35,479 nt of DNA from an uncultured Thermoplasmatales archaeon. Its GTDB lineage: Archaea; Thermoplasmatota; Thermoplasmata; Thermoplasmatales; GCA-001856825. Positions within the stretch are counted from its first letter, which is position 1. Each line of letters begins with the position of its first letter. The position numbers and the translations under genes are program-made. Under the pieces are notes generated by a model that saw only the letters and a program-made list of their open reading frames with translations, had not been told where the DNA came from and did no database searches. Below are positions 20,010 to 28,638 of this stretch, piece by piece. Where the stretch lies: positions 1-35,479 of the forward strand of contig CAYMKC010000003.1 in the NCBI GenBank assembly GCA_964391105.1. Direction: 5' to 3'.

Positions 20010-20264
20010 CTATTCACCTATCACGGTCCTATATATCTTGGCGATTCCCCTTGTCCTGCTCTTCCTAACTATCTCAACTATTCTGCCGGGAATTATCTCC
20101 CCCTCCACCTTTTCCAGAGTCTTTATAACAGGGTCGGACTTCCTGATCTTCGGAAGCTGCCCCTTGGTCACCCCCAGTGACTTAAGAATCTTCTCCTCTT
20201 CCTTTAAGGAGACCAACCAGTGCTCCGGAACCATTTCATGCATTAATATATTATACTTCGCCAT
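20010..20264 (-). CDS. rpoH: DNA-directed RNA polymerase subunit H (Rpo5)
   Basis: HEMVPEH, QLPKIRKSDPV, IVRKSRTRG...YRTVI; first gene of the rpo operon. Confidence 0.96.
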   Translation of the reverse strand: MAKYNILMHEMVPEHWLVSLKEEEKILKSLGVTKGQLPKIRKSDPVIKTLEKVEGEIIPGRIVEIVRKSRTRGIAKIYRTVIGE

Positions 20265-20659
20265 AGAAATCTAGCACTCCAGCAATCCAAAGCTCTGAGC
20301 CCAGTATACAATTGAATTTTCACACAAACTCATTTTAAACCTCTGGAATTGCTCAACCTTATCTATTGGTCATACATATTCTTTGCGTATTCGATTATTA
20401 ATCCAAATTAATATTTTAAACAGTAAATGATATTTCGTCGTTTATCCCAAAAGTCATCGAATTTCTACCAGAAATTTTATTACCATTTCGATAGAGGAAG
20501 AGTTTCCACAATAGATTAGTCAAGAAACAAGAGTGCCAGGTTTCGGAACAAATTTCGAGCTTAATTCAATGAATTTGTACCAAAAAATTCCCCGAAAATT
20601 TCTGGCCTTAGGGCCAGGGTAGGAATGCGTATAATTTTTTAATTGAATTAGACGTAGAA

Positions 20660-21466
20660 TCATTGGATCTTTTCTAGCCATGGAAGGACATCCCTTATCA
20701 AAGACGGTCCGTGATGGGCAAGAAAGTCATTTTCCCCAGGGGTGACGTAGATCCGGCCCTTCTTGAATGCTGATAATTCACTCCAACCCCTGTCTTTCAC
20801 CATCTTTTCCACAAGGTCGATTCCCCTCTTTGCGAACATCTTGGGCTCAATTATAACAACATCTGGATCCTTTTCCTTTACGAAGTCAAAGTCAGGGTAG
20901 AGCCACTCCTTTTTAGCATGGGAGTATATTGACTTGAGATTCATGAAGCCCAATACATCTGTTATGTATGACAGAGAACCGAACGTCACTGGGCCGCCAA
21001 GATTGCACTCGAAATAAACCGTTCTATCACCACCTATCACGAGTTTTTTTGTATCCTCCCATAGCTTTCTTTCAATGAGGGTCCCCCTTTCTCCTTCTCC
21101 CGTTACGACCGAGACTTTTGTGACGAGGTCAATGACGCCTGCTAGGGATGAAGGTAGCTTGAAGGAGAATGTTGGGAAGTATGTCAGAAGCTGGTCCGCG
21201 ACCGAATTCTGATAACCAGTGACGGTTAGAACTAGATCTGGCTTGAGTTTTTCGAATTGTTCAACGCTCGCGTATCCGTAGCTCGCCACTTTCTTCCTTT
21301 TTGTGGCCTCTGGAGGTCTCACACAAAAAGAGGTAACTCCAACGACCTTCTCACCAAGACCGAGCTCAAACAGAGTCTCCGTTATTGCAGGACTTAGGCT
21401 AATTATTCTCTCCACCTTTTCCGGAATCACGACTTCTTTGTTCCGATCATCTATCAGAGTGACCAA
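20660..21466 (-). CDS. Cobalamin/iron-siderophore-type ABC substrate-binding protein (BtuF-like)
   Basis: ERIISLSPAITETLFELGLGEKVVGVTSFCVRP, LKPDLV, DPDVVII; TTG start. Confidence 0.85.
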   Translation of the reverse strand: MVTLIDDRNKEVVIPEKVERIISLSPAITETLFELGLGEKVVGVTSFCVRPPEATKRKKVASYGYASVEQFEKLKPDLVLTVTGYQNSVADQLLTYFPTFSFKLPSSLAGVIDLVTKVSVVTGEGERGTLIERKLWEDTKKLVIGGDRTVYFECNLGGPVTFGSLSYITDVLGFMNLKSIYSHAKKEWLYPDFDFVKEKDPDVVIIEPKMFAKRGIDLVEKMVKDRGWSELSAFKKGRIYVTPGENDFLAHHGPSLIRDVLPWLEKIQ

Positions 21467-21486
21467 TTCGATTGCGATTCTATACT

Positions 21487-21500
21487 GATATTTTAATATC
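21487..21500. promoter_or_regulatory. TATA-overlapping palindrome upstream of the BtuF-like gene
   Basis: GATATT-TT-AATATC, 21-34 nt upstream of the start codon. Confidence 0.4.
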
Positions 21501-21620
21501 GGGTATCAACGCTTCTGGCTCTTCCAAAATCCTTGGACAAGTTGTGCGTGGGCAGTTCGTTAGTCTTAGGCGCTAGGACAAATATTTCTTAGAGCGACGC
21601 ATCTCTCGATTGGGGATAGA

Positions 21621-21818
21621 ATGGCGAAGGTAAAGATCTTCGGAGTGGATGGCGAACGCAATATCGAGGGAAACAACAGCGGCGAGATTATTCTGAAGAA
21701 ACTTGGACTGAGCGTCAGTTCGACCATAATACTCAGGAATGGAAGGCCGATTCCCGAAGATACTTTGGTGGAAGAAAACGACGAGATAACGGTTATCAAA
21801 TCCTTCTCAGGTGGATGA
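21621..21818 (+). CDS. Ubiquitin-like small archaeal modifier / MoaD-ThiS family sulfur carrier
   Basis: 65 aa beta-grasp pattern (IILRNGRPIPED...DEITVIKSFSGG) ending in di-glycine. Confidence 0.88.
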   Translation: MAKVKIFGVDGERNIEGNNSGEIILKKLGLSVSSTIILRNGRPIPEDTLVEENDEITVIKSFSGG

Positions 21819-22802
21819 ATAGTCCATCCTATATCTCAGAACAGCAACTATCCCACCGTACGATTCCACAATCTTCCCCGTCTCCCAGGAACTGTGAACG
21901 ACGAAGAGCTTGCATCCACCCTGGTAGCACTTGTTCATGAAACCTGTAGCGGATGGACTTTTGAAGAACTTATCGGACATGAGTAGAGTCGATACCGCCC
22001 GCGCATCCATGGCCCGATCGACCTCCGCTCTTCCATAGGACGACGTACCTCTCGCAACTCCCCTAAGGAAGTCTGCAATTAGTTTACTCTCAGCGCTCCT
22101 TCGGAGATTGATAACGCCCTCCTGAAGGAGTTCCCTTATCCCGTCTTCCTCGGAACTTCCTATCTGGGTGTTTATTGTTTTGAATCCATTCTGGGCTAGG
22201 AGTTTAGATGTTGAGTCCCTGAAGATCGACGGTCCTATTATGTAGATGTCTGATTGCCTGAATCTCTCCAAATTCTCCAGGAATTCGAAACGGATGTTGC
22301 TCTCCTTCCCTTCGTACATCTTACCCGAACCGGTTGGAATCCTCCATAGAAGATCGTTCTTAGACTCGTTGATTCCGTAGAGCGTCACGTTCTGGTCATC
22401 GGTCGACAAGACGAACACTGATGCGTTTGTGAGATTGGAAGATTCCTCCAGGTTTCTCGTGAACGCGGGCCTGTCCATCGGGAGCACGGACAGAGACGAG
22501 CCTGATTCAACGTTGATGGATTGGTGCTCGCCTATATAGTCCTCCGGGCCGCCAGCTATCTCGCCTAGGATGTGCAGTCTCGAGGAGAGTTCCATGAACT
22601 CTGTGCTCTCTATCCGGATGGAGACCTTTATCTTCTCACGTTCAGTCTTTTTGTTCCTGATCACGTCCTCTTTTCTCTCGACTCTTCTCAGAACATCTGC
22701 TACCAAGAGATCCCCCGGCTTCAGGATGAGTGAGAGGTACCACAGGTCCTCTCCGCTCGTGATTTCTATTTCTATCAGATCGTCGTGCTCAGTGTATTTC
22801 AA
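21807..22802 (-). CDS. pelA: mRNA surveillance protein pelota (aPelota/Dom34)
   Basis: EDLWYLSLILKPGD, RLHILGEI..GPE...GEHQSI, YGRAEVDRAM..RAVSTLLMSD, YGGIVAVLRY. Confidence 0.9.
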   Translation of the reverse strand: MKYTEHDDLIEIEITSGEDLWYLSLILKPGDLLVADVLRRVERKEDVIRNKKTEREKIKVSIRIESTEFMELSSRLHILGEIAGGPEDYIGEHQSINVESGSSLSVLPMDRPAFTRNLEESSNLTNASVFVLSTDDQNVTLYGINESKNDLLWRIPTGSGKMYEGKESNIRFEFLENLERFRQSDIYIIGPSIFRDSTSKLLAQNGFKTINTQIGSSEEDGIRELLQEGVINLRRSAESKLIADFLRGVARGTSSYGRAEVDRAMDARAVSTLLMSDKFFKSPSATGFMNKCYQGGCKLFVVHSSWETGKIVESYGGIVAVLRYRMDYSST

Positions 22803-23226
22803 AGCCTATTCTCTCCACCATCTTCCGGAAGGTAGCGGTGTGACTCCCGTTCCAATAATACCTATCGCAACTCTTGCAGTAGAATAGCTCCGTTGCATCT
22901 CGATTGACGTACTCTGGCAATCCATCTCTCATCTCTGTCTTGACAACTACGCTTCCGCACGAACTGCAGAGATCCATATAACCGTGCTCGGGTGACGGCA
23001 GTTTGCCCCTGAGTTCTTCCAGCTGACCGATCGGGATGTAGGACTGAATCAAGAGTGAATTTCTCAACCTTTCGTGAAGCTGCTTGTCTCGCGTCAGTAC
23101 CAAGTTGTTTTTGGATGTGTTGATTATATATGAATCATCCTTGTCGTTTTGAATGTATTCGACGTCATACCCCATCATCCTGAGGTATCTGGACAGCTTA
23201 CCGAGCATGCTATCAACCACGATCAT
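22789..23226 (-). CDS. Mut7-C RNase domain protein (PIN-like fold with Zn ribbon, DUF82)
   Basis: VDSMLGKLSRYLRMMGYD, LTRD, CSSC...CKSC, YWNGSH. Confidence 0.9.
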   Translation of the reverse strand: MIVVDSMLGKLSRYLRMMGYDVEYIQNDKDDSYIINTSKNNLVLTRDKQLHERLRNSLLIQSYIPIGQLEELRGKLPSPEHGYMDLCSSCGSVVVKTEMRDGLPEYVNRDATELFYCKSCDRYYWNGSHTATFRKMVERIGFEIH

Positions 23227-23846
23227 TTCCGCACATAAACGATCTCAGCGTTCTTTACGTTATCTATTATCCACTTTCCGAACTGCATTTTCCTGATCTT
23301 CAATTCCCTAGGTCCGTCAACGGGCTCTGAAAAATTGAAGCCGTGAATGAAAATCTTCTTTGCACCCATGAGTGTACCCATTATCACACTCCTGTCTCCG
23401 TCCGTGAATCCTCCTATGTTCATGACATTCTTGAGCGGGATGCTCTGTGTGGTTCCGAGGACCATTCCCTTCAACCTGGGGACCGTATCCCTGAGTTTGT
23501 ATATGTTATCTCCGTGCGCGTGGATCACTTTGATGCTCCCGGTGTTATCGATTATTCTATCAATGGGTCCATCGAGGTCCGAGACTATCATATCGAATCT
23601 TCCACCGTAATAATTGAGTGCAGAATCCGCAACTATTACATACCCTTCCGGATCTTCCGCAGGATGTGACGGACCGATAACGCTCACGACTTCAGCGCGA
23701 GGCAGCGTGTCCCATCTATTATAACTTATCAGATCGTTGAGTTCTATTCCCGCGAGAAAATCTCGGTAGGGGTTGAAACTAAAGGTTGCGACTATCCGCC
23801 TGTGGAGACTCACGTTCTGAGCTGAGTTCCTGAAAACTTTTTGCAT
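23223..23846 (-). CDS. mptE: 6-hydroxymethyl-7,8-dihydropterin pyrophosphokinase MptE-like (DUF115)
   Basis: IVADSA, IVSDLDG, HAHGDN, GTTQ, GGFTDGDR. The start could instead be GTG 23813. Confidence 0.85.
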   Translation of the reverse strand: MQKVFRNSAQNVSLHRRIVATFSFNPYRDFLAGIELNDLISYNRWDTLPRAEVVSVIGPSHPAEDPEGYVIVADSALNYYGGRFDMIVSDLDGPIDRIIDNTGSIKVIHAHGDNIYKLRDTVPRLKGMVLGTTQSIPLKNVMNIGGFTDGDRSVIMGTLMGAKKIFIHGFNFSEPVDGPRELKIRKMQFGKWIIDNVKNAEIVYVRK

Positions 23847-24951
23847 ATCTCCTTCTGAAGATGGAAATAATCACTCCAAAGCTCACCCCTAGGACCGTTA
23901 GTAAGATCGCAAGGAAGAGGTAGTAATCCTTCGCTGCCCCGGATTGATAGGAAAAATTGACGAACGACAGGAGTCCGAGTACTGCGGCAAAGAAACTGAT
24001 GTAGAAAGAGGCAGACAAGAGATAGGCATTGATCATCTTTGATCTTTTCCCTTTCTCGAATATCAGAAAACCCTCAACAATTCTACCCGTATCGAAGATT
24101 AAGATTGATGCTATCGTGACGGGAACTATTCTGTATATCATATATATGAGTCCCAGAACTGTTATCCTGGTGTGGAAAGCAACCTCCAACCCGCTGTATA
24201 TACCGTATGCAAAGACAGCAATAGCGATCAGGAGGGAGAAGACCGTGACCCTGGTATTAACGAATTCCTCAACCAACCTAGATACCCCTTCCGAAATCCT
24301 CTTGCCTGCCGAGTATGCCTTACTGAGGAAGTAAATTCCGATCGCTGATACTGCAGCCATAACTCCTGTCGTTATCGGATCGATGCTTCCAAGACCATAT
24401 AGGTAAACTCTCATGCCCAGTACAAGAAGTATAGTGATGCCAAGGACGAGAAAGAGCACCCCAAAAGGTACCAGCACTTTCTTCAGGAATTTCTCTTCTT
24501 TCAGAGCCTTCACAATTATGTAATACATAGACTCTATCTGGGGGGCCTGTCTAACTGTCACTCTCTTGATTGCTCGTATCTTGATCCTGCTCTGTATTAG
24601 TGGGAGAATGAAATCGTCCTCCGCACCGTCAGAAACCACAATAACGTCCATCGGCTTTGCGAGTGTGACGACCTCGTCTATCTGTCTCCCAAGTATTTCA
24701 TCCGACACTGTTCCTACATTCTTGTTACCGCAGATGGTTGCTATTTCGATGTCCTCCCCTGCCTTGACAAGGGAGTCGAATGTAGTTATCGCTGAAAACA
24801 GTGCATTGGAATCTGAATCTTCAGCATCAGCCAGCATCAGGGCGTTTGCAGCGGAGAGATTCTGCTCCCTTCCAATTATAGGTGATTTTACCCCTGCCTT
24901 CTCTCCAAAATCGTTGTCCCTGTCTATGCATAGTACTAGAGTTTTGCTCAT
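23779..24951 (-). CDS. DUF373 family membrane protein
   Basis: LVLCIDRDNDFGEKAG..SPIIGR, EDSDSNALF, VSDGAEDD, RVTVRQA, followed by several TM helices. Confidence 0.88.
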   Translation of the reverse strand: MSKTLVLCIDRDNDFGEKAGVKSPIIGREQNLSAANALMLADAEDSDSNALFSAITTFDSLVKAGEDIEIATICGNKNVGTVSDEILGRQIDEVVTLAKPMDVIVVSDGAEDDFILPLIQSRIKIRAIKRVTVRQAPQIESMYYIIVKALKEEKFLKKVLVPFGVLFLVLGITILLVLGMRVYLYGLGSIDPITTGVMAAVSAIGIYFLSKAYSAGKRISEGVSRLVEEFVNTRVTVFSLLIAIAVFAYGIYSGLEVAFHTRITVLGLIYMIYRIVPVTIASILIFDTGRIVEGFLIFEKGKRSKMINAYLLSASFYISFFAAVLGLLSFVNFSYQSGAAKDYYLFLAILLTVLGVSFGVIISIFRRRYAKSFQELSSERESPQADSRNL

Positions 24952-25163
24952 TTAACTACGAAGTACCCCGCGCTTTTCTGCCTGACGACCCTCTTAACAT
25001 ACCCCTTGTTCAGAAGCTCCTGGAGCGCGTTGGTGACAAGCCCCTTGCCAGTTGAGCTAGCTTTCATTATGTCGTCGGCGGTTTTCATCTTGTCTTCAGC
25101 AGTTGAACCAAGTCTCTTGAGTGTGTCATAGACTTTCTGTGCGGGTGGTGTGAGATCTCCCAT
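24948..25163 (-). CDS. Small basic winged-helix DNA-binding protein
   Basis: 71 aa with wHTH pattern (TADDIMKAS...LVTNALQELLNKGYVKR...YFVV), a GGTGA SD upstream and a 4-nt overlap with DUF373. Confidence 0.8.
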   Translation of the reverse strand: MGDLTPPAQKVYDTLKRLGSTAEDKMKTADDIMKASSTGKGLVTNALQELLNKGYVKRVVRQKSAGYFVVK

Positions 25164-25501
25164 TAATATTCACCGTTATAAAGCATAGCTATTGAATATA
25201 AATATAATTTGTGTGATAGCCATAATCCTCAATCGAATACAAAAATACAGCACACGGTATGAAGCGATAAATCGCAATCTGAGCATTAACGACCTGAATT
25301 CGCCTTTCGATACCCTGCAGTTCTCTATTGAACCTGTATTTTAAAGGTTTTGTAAGCAATACGGGTTACATTATTGTTCTAACGTTCCTGCTAAATTGGC
25401 ATTGATTGGACTTAAGACTACTACGGTTGTATTCTTTTCTCCAACCATTTCTAGCGCAGAGATAACACAACATTTAGATTATAGGAAATATAGCATCCCG
25501 G

Positions 25502-26116
25502 ATGCTTGAATCCCTTGACGGTAGAATTGGTTCGGCGATAGCGAACGAGCAGATTCTTGGAATAATTTTTGCAAAGAAGGAAGAGTTTACAAGGAAGAGA
25601 AGCGCTGGGATTGAGGAAAAATTCTCTGAGCTCGTTTTCTGTACCCTTACGGCTAACACGTCTGCTGAAATGGGAATGAAATGCCAGGCACATCTCGATA
25701 GGCTCAATAAATTTGATGAGAGGAGTCTAAGGCATGCTCTAATCGAATGCCATTACAGATTCCCCAACACCAGGTCAAGATTTATTGCGATGAATTATGA
25801 GAAGAGACATATGCTGGAGGAAATATTGCTGTCTCCTGATCGGAGAAATCTTCTGGTGGAGAATTACATAGGTATTGGGATGAAGGAAGCATCACACTTC
25901 CTGAGAAACACAGGTTACTTCGATTATTCTATCCTAGACAAGCACATTCAAAGGTTTCTCTCCAACTACTATGGAACTGACGTCAAGGTCAAGAACAGGA
26001 AGGACTACGAGAGACAGGAAAAGCTATTTCTAGACATATCTTCCAAGTATGGCATGGAGCCAGGTATAATGGATCTGGTAGTCTGGTATCTCATGACTGG
26101 AAAAATACTGAAGTGA
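25502..26116 (+). CDS. ogg: 8-oxoguanine DNA glycosylase/AP lyase (Ogg2 type)
   Basis: FSELVFCTLTANTSA, YRFPNTR, HhH GIGMKEASHFLRNTG, ILDKHI, C-terminal WYLMTGKILK. Confidence 0.93.
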   Translation: MLESLDGRIGSAIANEQILGIIFAKKEEFTRKRSAGIEEKFSELVFCTLTANTSAEMGMKCQAHLDRLNKFDERSLRHALIECHYRFPNTRSRFIAMNYEKRHMLEEILLSPDRRNLLVENYIGIGMKEASHFLRNTGYFDYSILDKHIQRFLSNYYGTDVKVKNRKDYERQEKLFLDISSKYGMEPGIMDLVVWYLMTGKILK

Positions 26117-26140
26117 TTAGCAATCAAATTTCTGGACCAC

Positions 26141-26172
26141 ACCTGGCAGGATGAGCTTCGTGCCTTCCAGGT
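26141..26172. terminator. Hairpin between convergent ogg and hydrolase genes
   Basis: ACCTGG-C-AGG ... CCT-T-CCAGGT: 9 bp with one mismatch, directly after the hydrolase stop codon. Confidence 0.35.
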
Positions 26173-26871
26173 CTAACTCGAAAGCTCAATCAGAGCCTTG
26201 ACTGTCTCCTCTGGTTTGGTCACCATCGGGAAGTGAGCTGCCTCGATTATCTTGTGCCTCCCCTCAACCTTCCCCCACTTTCCTGCCAATATCTCGTTTA
26301 CGTCAATCCCGCTCTTTGTACAGAATATATGGGCGCCGTTGATTGCATCGAATTTTTCAGAAAGGGTGATGGGATCAGTTGCATATCTCAAAGGCCATGG
26401 GGTTGCAAGAGTGCGCATCCATTCTTTGTCTGAACCCTCTACGTCGCTCCCAATCATTCTAAGAACTTCATCAGTGAACGGAACCGTACTCTGTCCAGGA
26501 CCCAGCTTCCCGAATTCATCCGGGTGGAAACTCTGCTGAGGTGTCCTTACTTTTTCAGGACTGAATGTGTCTAGATAGATTATCAACCTTACACCGTCAG
26601 GAATCCTGTCTGCGACTGACGCAACGACCTTGGATGCAAAACTATGACCCACAAGGACAACATCCTCGAGCTCGTTGTATTTTATTACATTGAGCACGTC
26701 GCTGATAGCAGTCTCGATCCCTATCTCGCTAGAGAAGAGATGCACCCTCTCCCCCATGCCCGTCAGAGTGATCGGGGTTACCGAGTTTCCCTGCTCCTCA
26801 AGTTTCGGAACGATCTTCTTCCATACCCAAGCCCCCAGCCAGGCCCCAGGTACCAACACAAAATTCGTCAT
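26173..26871 (-). CDS. Alpha/beta fold hydrolase (esterase-like)
   Basis: FVLVPGAWLGAWVW, nucleophile elbow GHSFAS, catalytic His in AAHFPM; GAGGT SD upstream. Confidence 0.88.
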   Translation of the reverse strand: MTNFVLVPGAWLGAWVWKKIVPKLEEQGNSVTPITLTGMGERVHLFSSEIGIETAISDVLNVIKYNELEDVVLVGHSFASKVVASVADRIPDGVRLIIYLDTFSPEKVRTPQQSFHPDEFGKLGPGQSTVPFTDEVLRMIGSDVEGSDKEWMRTLATPWPLRYATDPITLSEKFDAINGAHIFCTKSGIDVNEILAGKWGKVEGRHKIIEAAHFPMVTKPEETVKALIELSS

Positions 26872-27061
26872 TTCTAATCTACCTCTTGACCTATTCCATC
26901 CCGTATTTATGTGTTAAGTCACATAGGTTCCGACTAAGTTTAGTGGAAATCCGTTCGGATAAATGGTTCGACAGCTTTCGGCATGGTAATTTCTGAGCGG
27001 ATCTTGCGCAAAGGAAATTTCATTAGGAGAGAAGAACTTAAGATTTCTCTGAAGTGGGGCT

Positions 27062-27991
27062 ATGAGGGCGACACTAGCTGTTGGTGGAAATGCGCTTTTG
27101 GAAAAGTACGACAGGGGGACCGCCGAAGAGCAGATCCTTCGCGCCGAAGCAACTGCGAAGAAAACGGCAGAGTTCTTCAGAAACAATGACGTTGTTCTCA
27201 CCCACGGGAACGGTCCTCAGGTCGGAGCGATACTGCTCCAAAATGAGTTCTCCGGTTCGGTAAGCCCTGCGATGCCCCTCGATGTTTGCGGGGCAATGTC
27301 TCAGGGGAACATAGGCTACTTCTTGCAGTCCTCTTTTCAGAAGGTGTTCAGTGAGACGGGGATTGACAAGAAAGTAGTGACGCTGATAACCAGGACGGTT
27401 GTTGAAAGGAACGATCCCGCATTCAAGAATCCCACAAAACCTGTTGGAAAGTACTACACCAGAGACGAGGCAAGAGTACTGGAGGTAAACAACGGGTACG
27501 TCATGAGAGAAGATGCGGGGAGGGGATACAGGAGGGTTGTACCATCTCCAATGCCAGTTGACATAGTGGAGATTGAGCAGATAAGATACCTGATGAACGG
27601 GAGATTTGTGCCAATTGCGGTTGGTGGAGGTGGGATTCCGGTGGTGAAAGCGGATGGAGGTTATTATGGCGTTGAAGCTGTAATAGACAAGGACCTCGCC
27701 TCATCGCTGATAGCAGTGGAACTCGACGTTGACATTTTCATAATCCTGACTGCGGTAGATGCAGCCTACATCAATTTCAATAAACCGAACAAACAGAAGC
27801 TCGGTGTGATTGGAGTTGAAGAGATTGTGAAACTGAGGAGCCAGGGTCACTTCGCATCTGGGAGCATGCTTCCTAAGATAGATGCTGTTATCAAGTTTGT
27901 TGAAGGGACGGGAAGGAAAGCATTGATCACCAACGCGGAGAATATGACCGATGGGCTCAGTGGTAAGGCGGGTACAATAGTTACCGCCTAG
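27062..27991 (+). CDS. arcC: Carbamate kinase
   Basis: AVGGNAL, THGNGPQVG, PTKPVG, RRVVPSP, GGGGIPV, GVEAVIDKD, GSMLPK. Confidence 0.95.
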   Translation: MRATLAVGGNALLEKYDRGTAEEQILRAEATAKKTAEFFRNNDVVLTHGNGPQVGAILLQNEFSGSVSPAMPLDVCGAMSQGNIGYFLQSSFQKVFSETGIDKKVVTLITRTVVERNDPAFKNPTKPVGKYYTRDEARVLEVNNGYVMREDAGRGYRRVVPSPMPVDIVEIEQIRYLMNGRFVPIAVGGGGIPVVKADGGYYGVEAVIDKDLASSLIAVELDVDIFIILTAVDAAYINFNKPNKQKLGVIGVEEIVKLRSQGHFASGSMLPKIDAVIKFVEGTGRKALITNAENMTDGLSGKAGTIVTA

Positions 27992-28638
27992 ATTCTTGTA
28001 ATCTTGTCGTTCTCGATCTTCAATTTGTCGTGGTGCTCAAGCCACAAGATGGTCTCTTCAAACTCTCTCTTTGAGATGAAAAGGTCGTTCTTCCTCTCGA
28101 GACAGTGTGCAATCTCTTCCCTTGTAACCGAATCCTCCATGCATCCAAGGATCAGGTTTCTAAAATCCTCCCTCTTGTTCCAAGGAAAAATGAACCACTT
28201 CCAGTTGTCCGCAGTGATCTCTTCCGCGAAATAGTCGGGAACTATTTCCGACTTGTTAATGTGCAGGAAAGTGGCAGTCTTGACTACCTTTGGATTCTTC
28301 TGTTTTGTAGCCTCTATTGCGAGCTTGATCGATTGACCCGTATCAGTTATATCGTCCACAACCAGCACAGACCTCCCCGTCAGATCCCTGACGATTGGAT
28401 AGGTAATTGCTGCCTTGCCATCTGGAGTAGCAGTGATTCCCCAGTGCTCGGTCTTGAGGGTGAAGATGTCCTTGATGCCCAGATAGTCTGCAACAATCCT
28501 CGCAGGTACGAGTCCTCCCCTGATGACGGAGATCACGCAGTCGAACTTGAAGTCTCCAATCTTCTCGACGATAATTTCCGACCATCTCTCAATTTCCTCC
28601 CAGCTGACTACCCGCGAGGGGACCCTCTGAAAATCCAT
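27988..28638 (-). CDS. Phosphoribosyltransferase (purine/HGPRT-like archaeal type)
   Basis: RGGLVPA, PRPP loop VLVVDDITDTGQS, WFIFPW. ATG 28638 is preferred over 28746, with a TATA-like CTTAAATA upstream. Confidence 0.9.
   Translation of the reverse strand: MDFQRVPSRVVSWEEIERWSEIIVEKIGDFKFDCVISVIRGGLVPARIVADYLGIKDIFTLKTEHWGITATPDGKAAITYPIVRDLTGRSVLVVDDITDTGQSIKLAIEATKQKNPKVVKTATFLHINKSEIVPDYFAEEITADNWKWFIFPWNKREDFRNLILGCMEDSVTREEIAHCLERKNDLFISKREFEETILWLEHHDKLKIENDKITRI

Noticed and set aside
20265-20659. Replication origin call
   Set aside because: No complete ORB (TTCCAGTGGAAAC plus G-string) and no adjacent cdc6/orc1; kept only as a low-level finding.
21511-21557. Cobalamin-riboswitch-like words upstream of the BtuF-like gene (minus strand ACTGCCCACGC...GAGCCAGAAG)
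   Set aside because: The GGGAA/GGTG-AAATCC core is missing, and the words lie upstream of the gene's likely TATA box, so they are probably not transcribed with it. A cmscan would settle it.
25242-25342. 9-bp inverted repeat AAAATACAG / CTGTATTTT in the wHTH-ogg intergenic region
   Set aside because: Short, AT-rich and without target-site duplication; not enough to call a MITE or operator.
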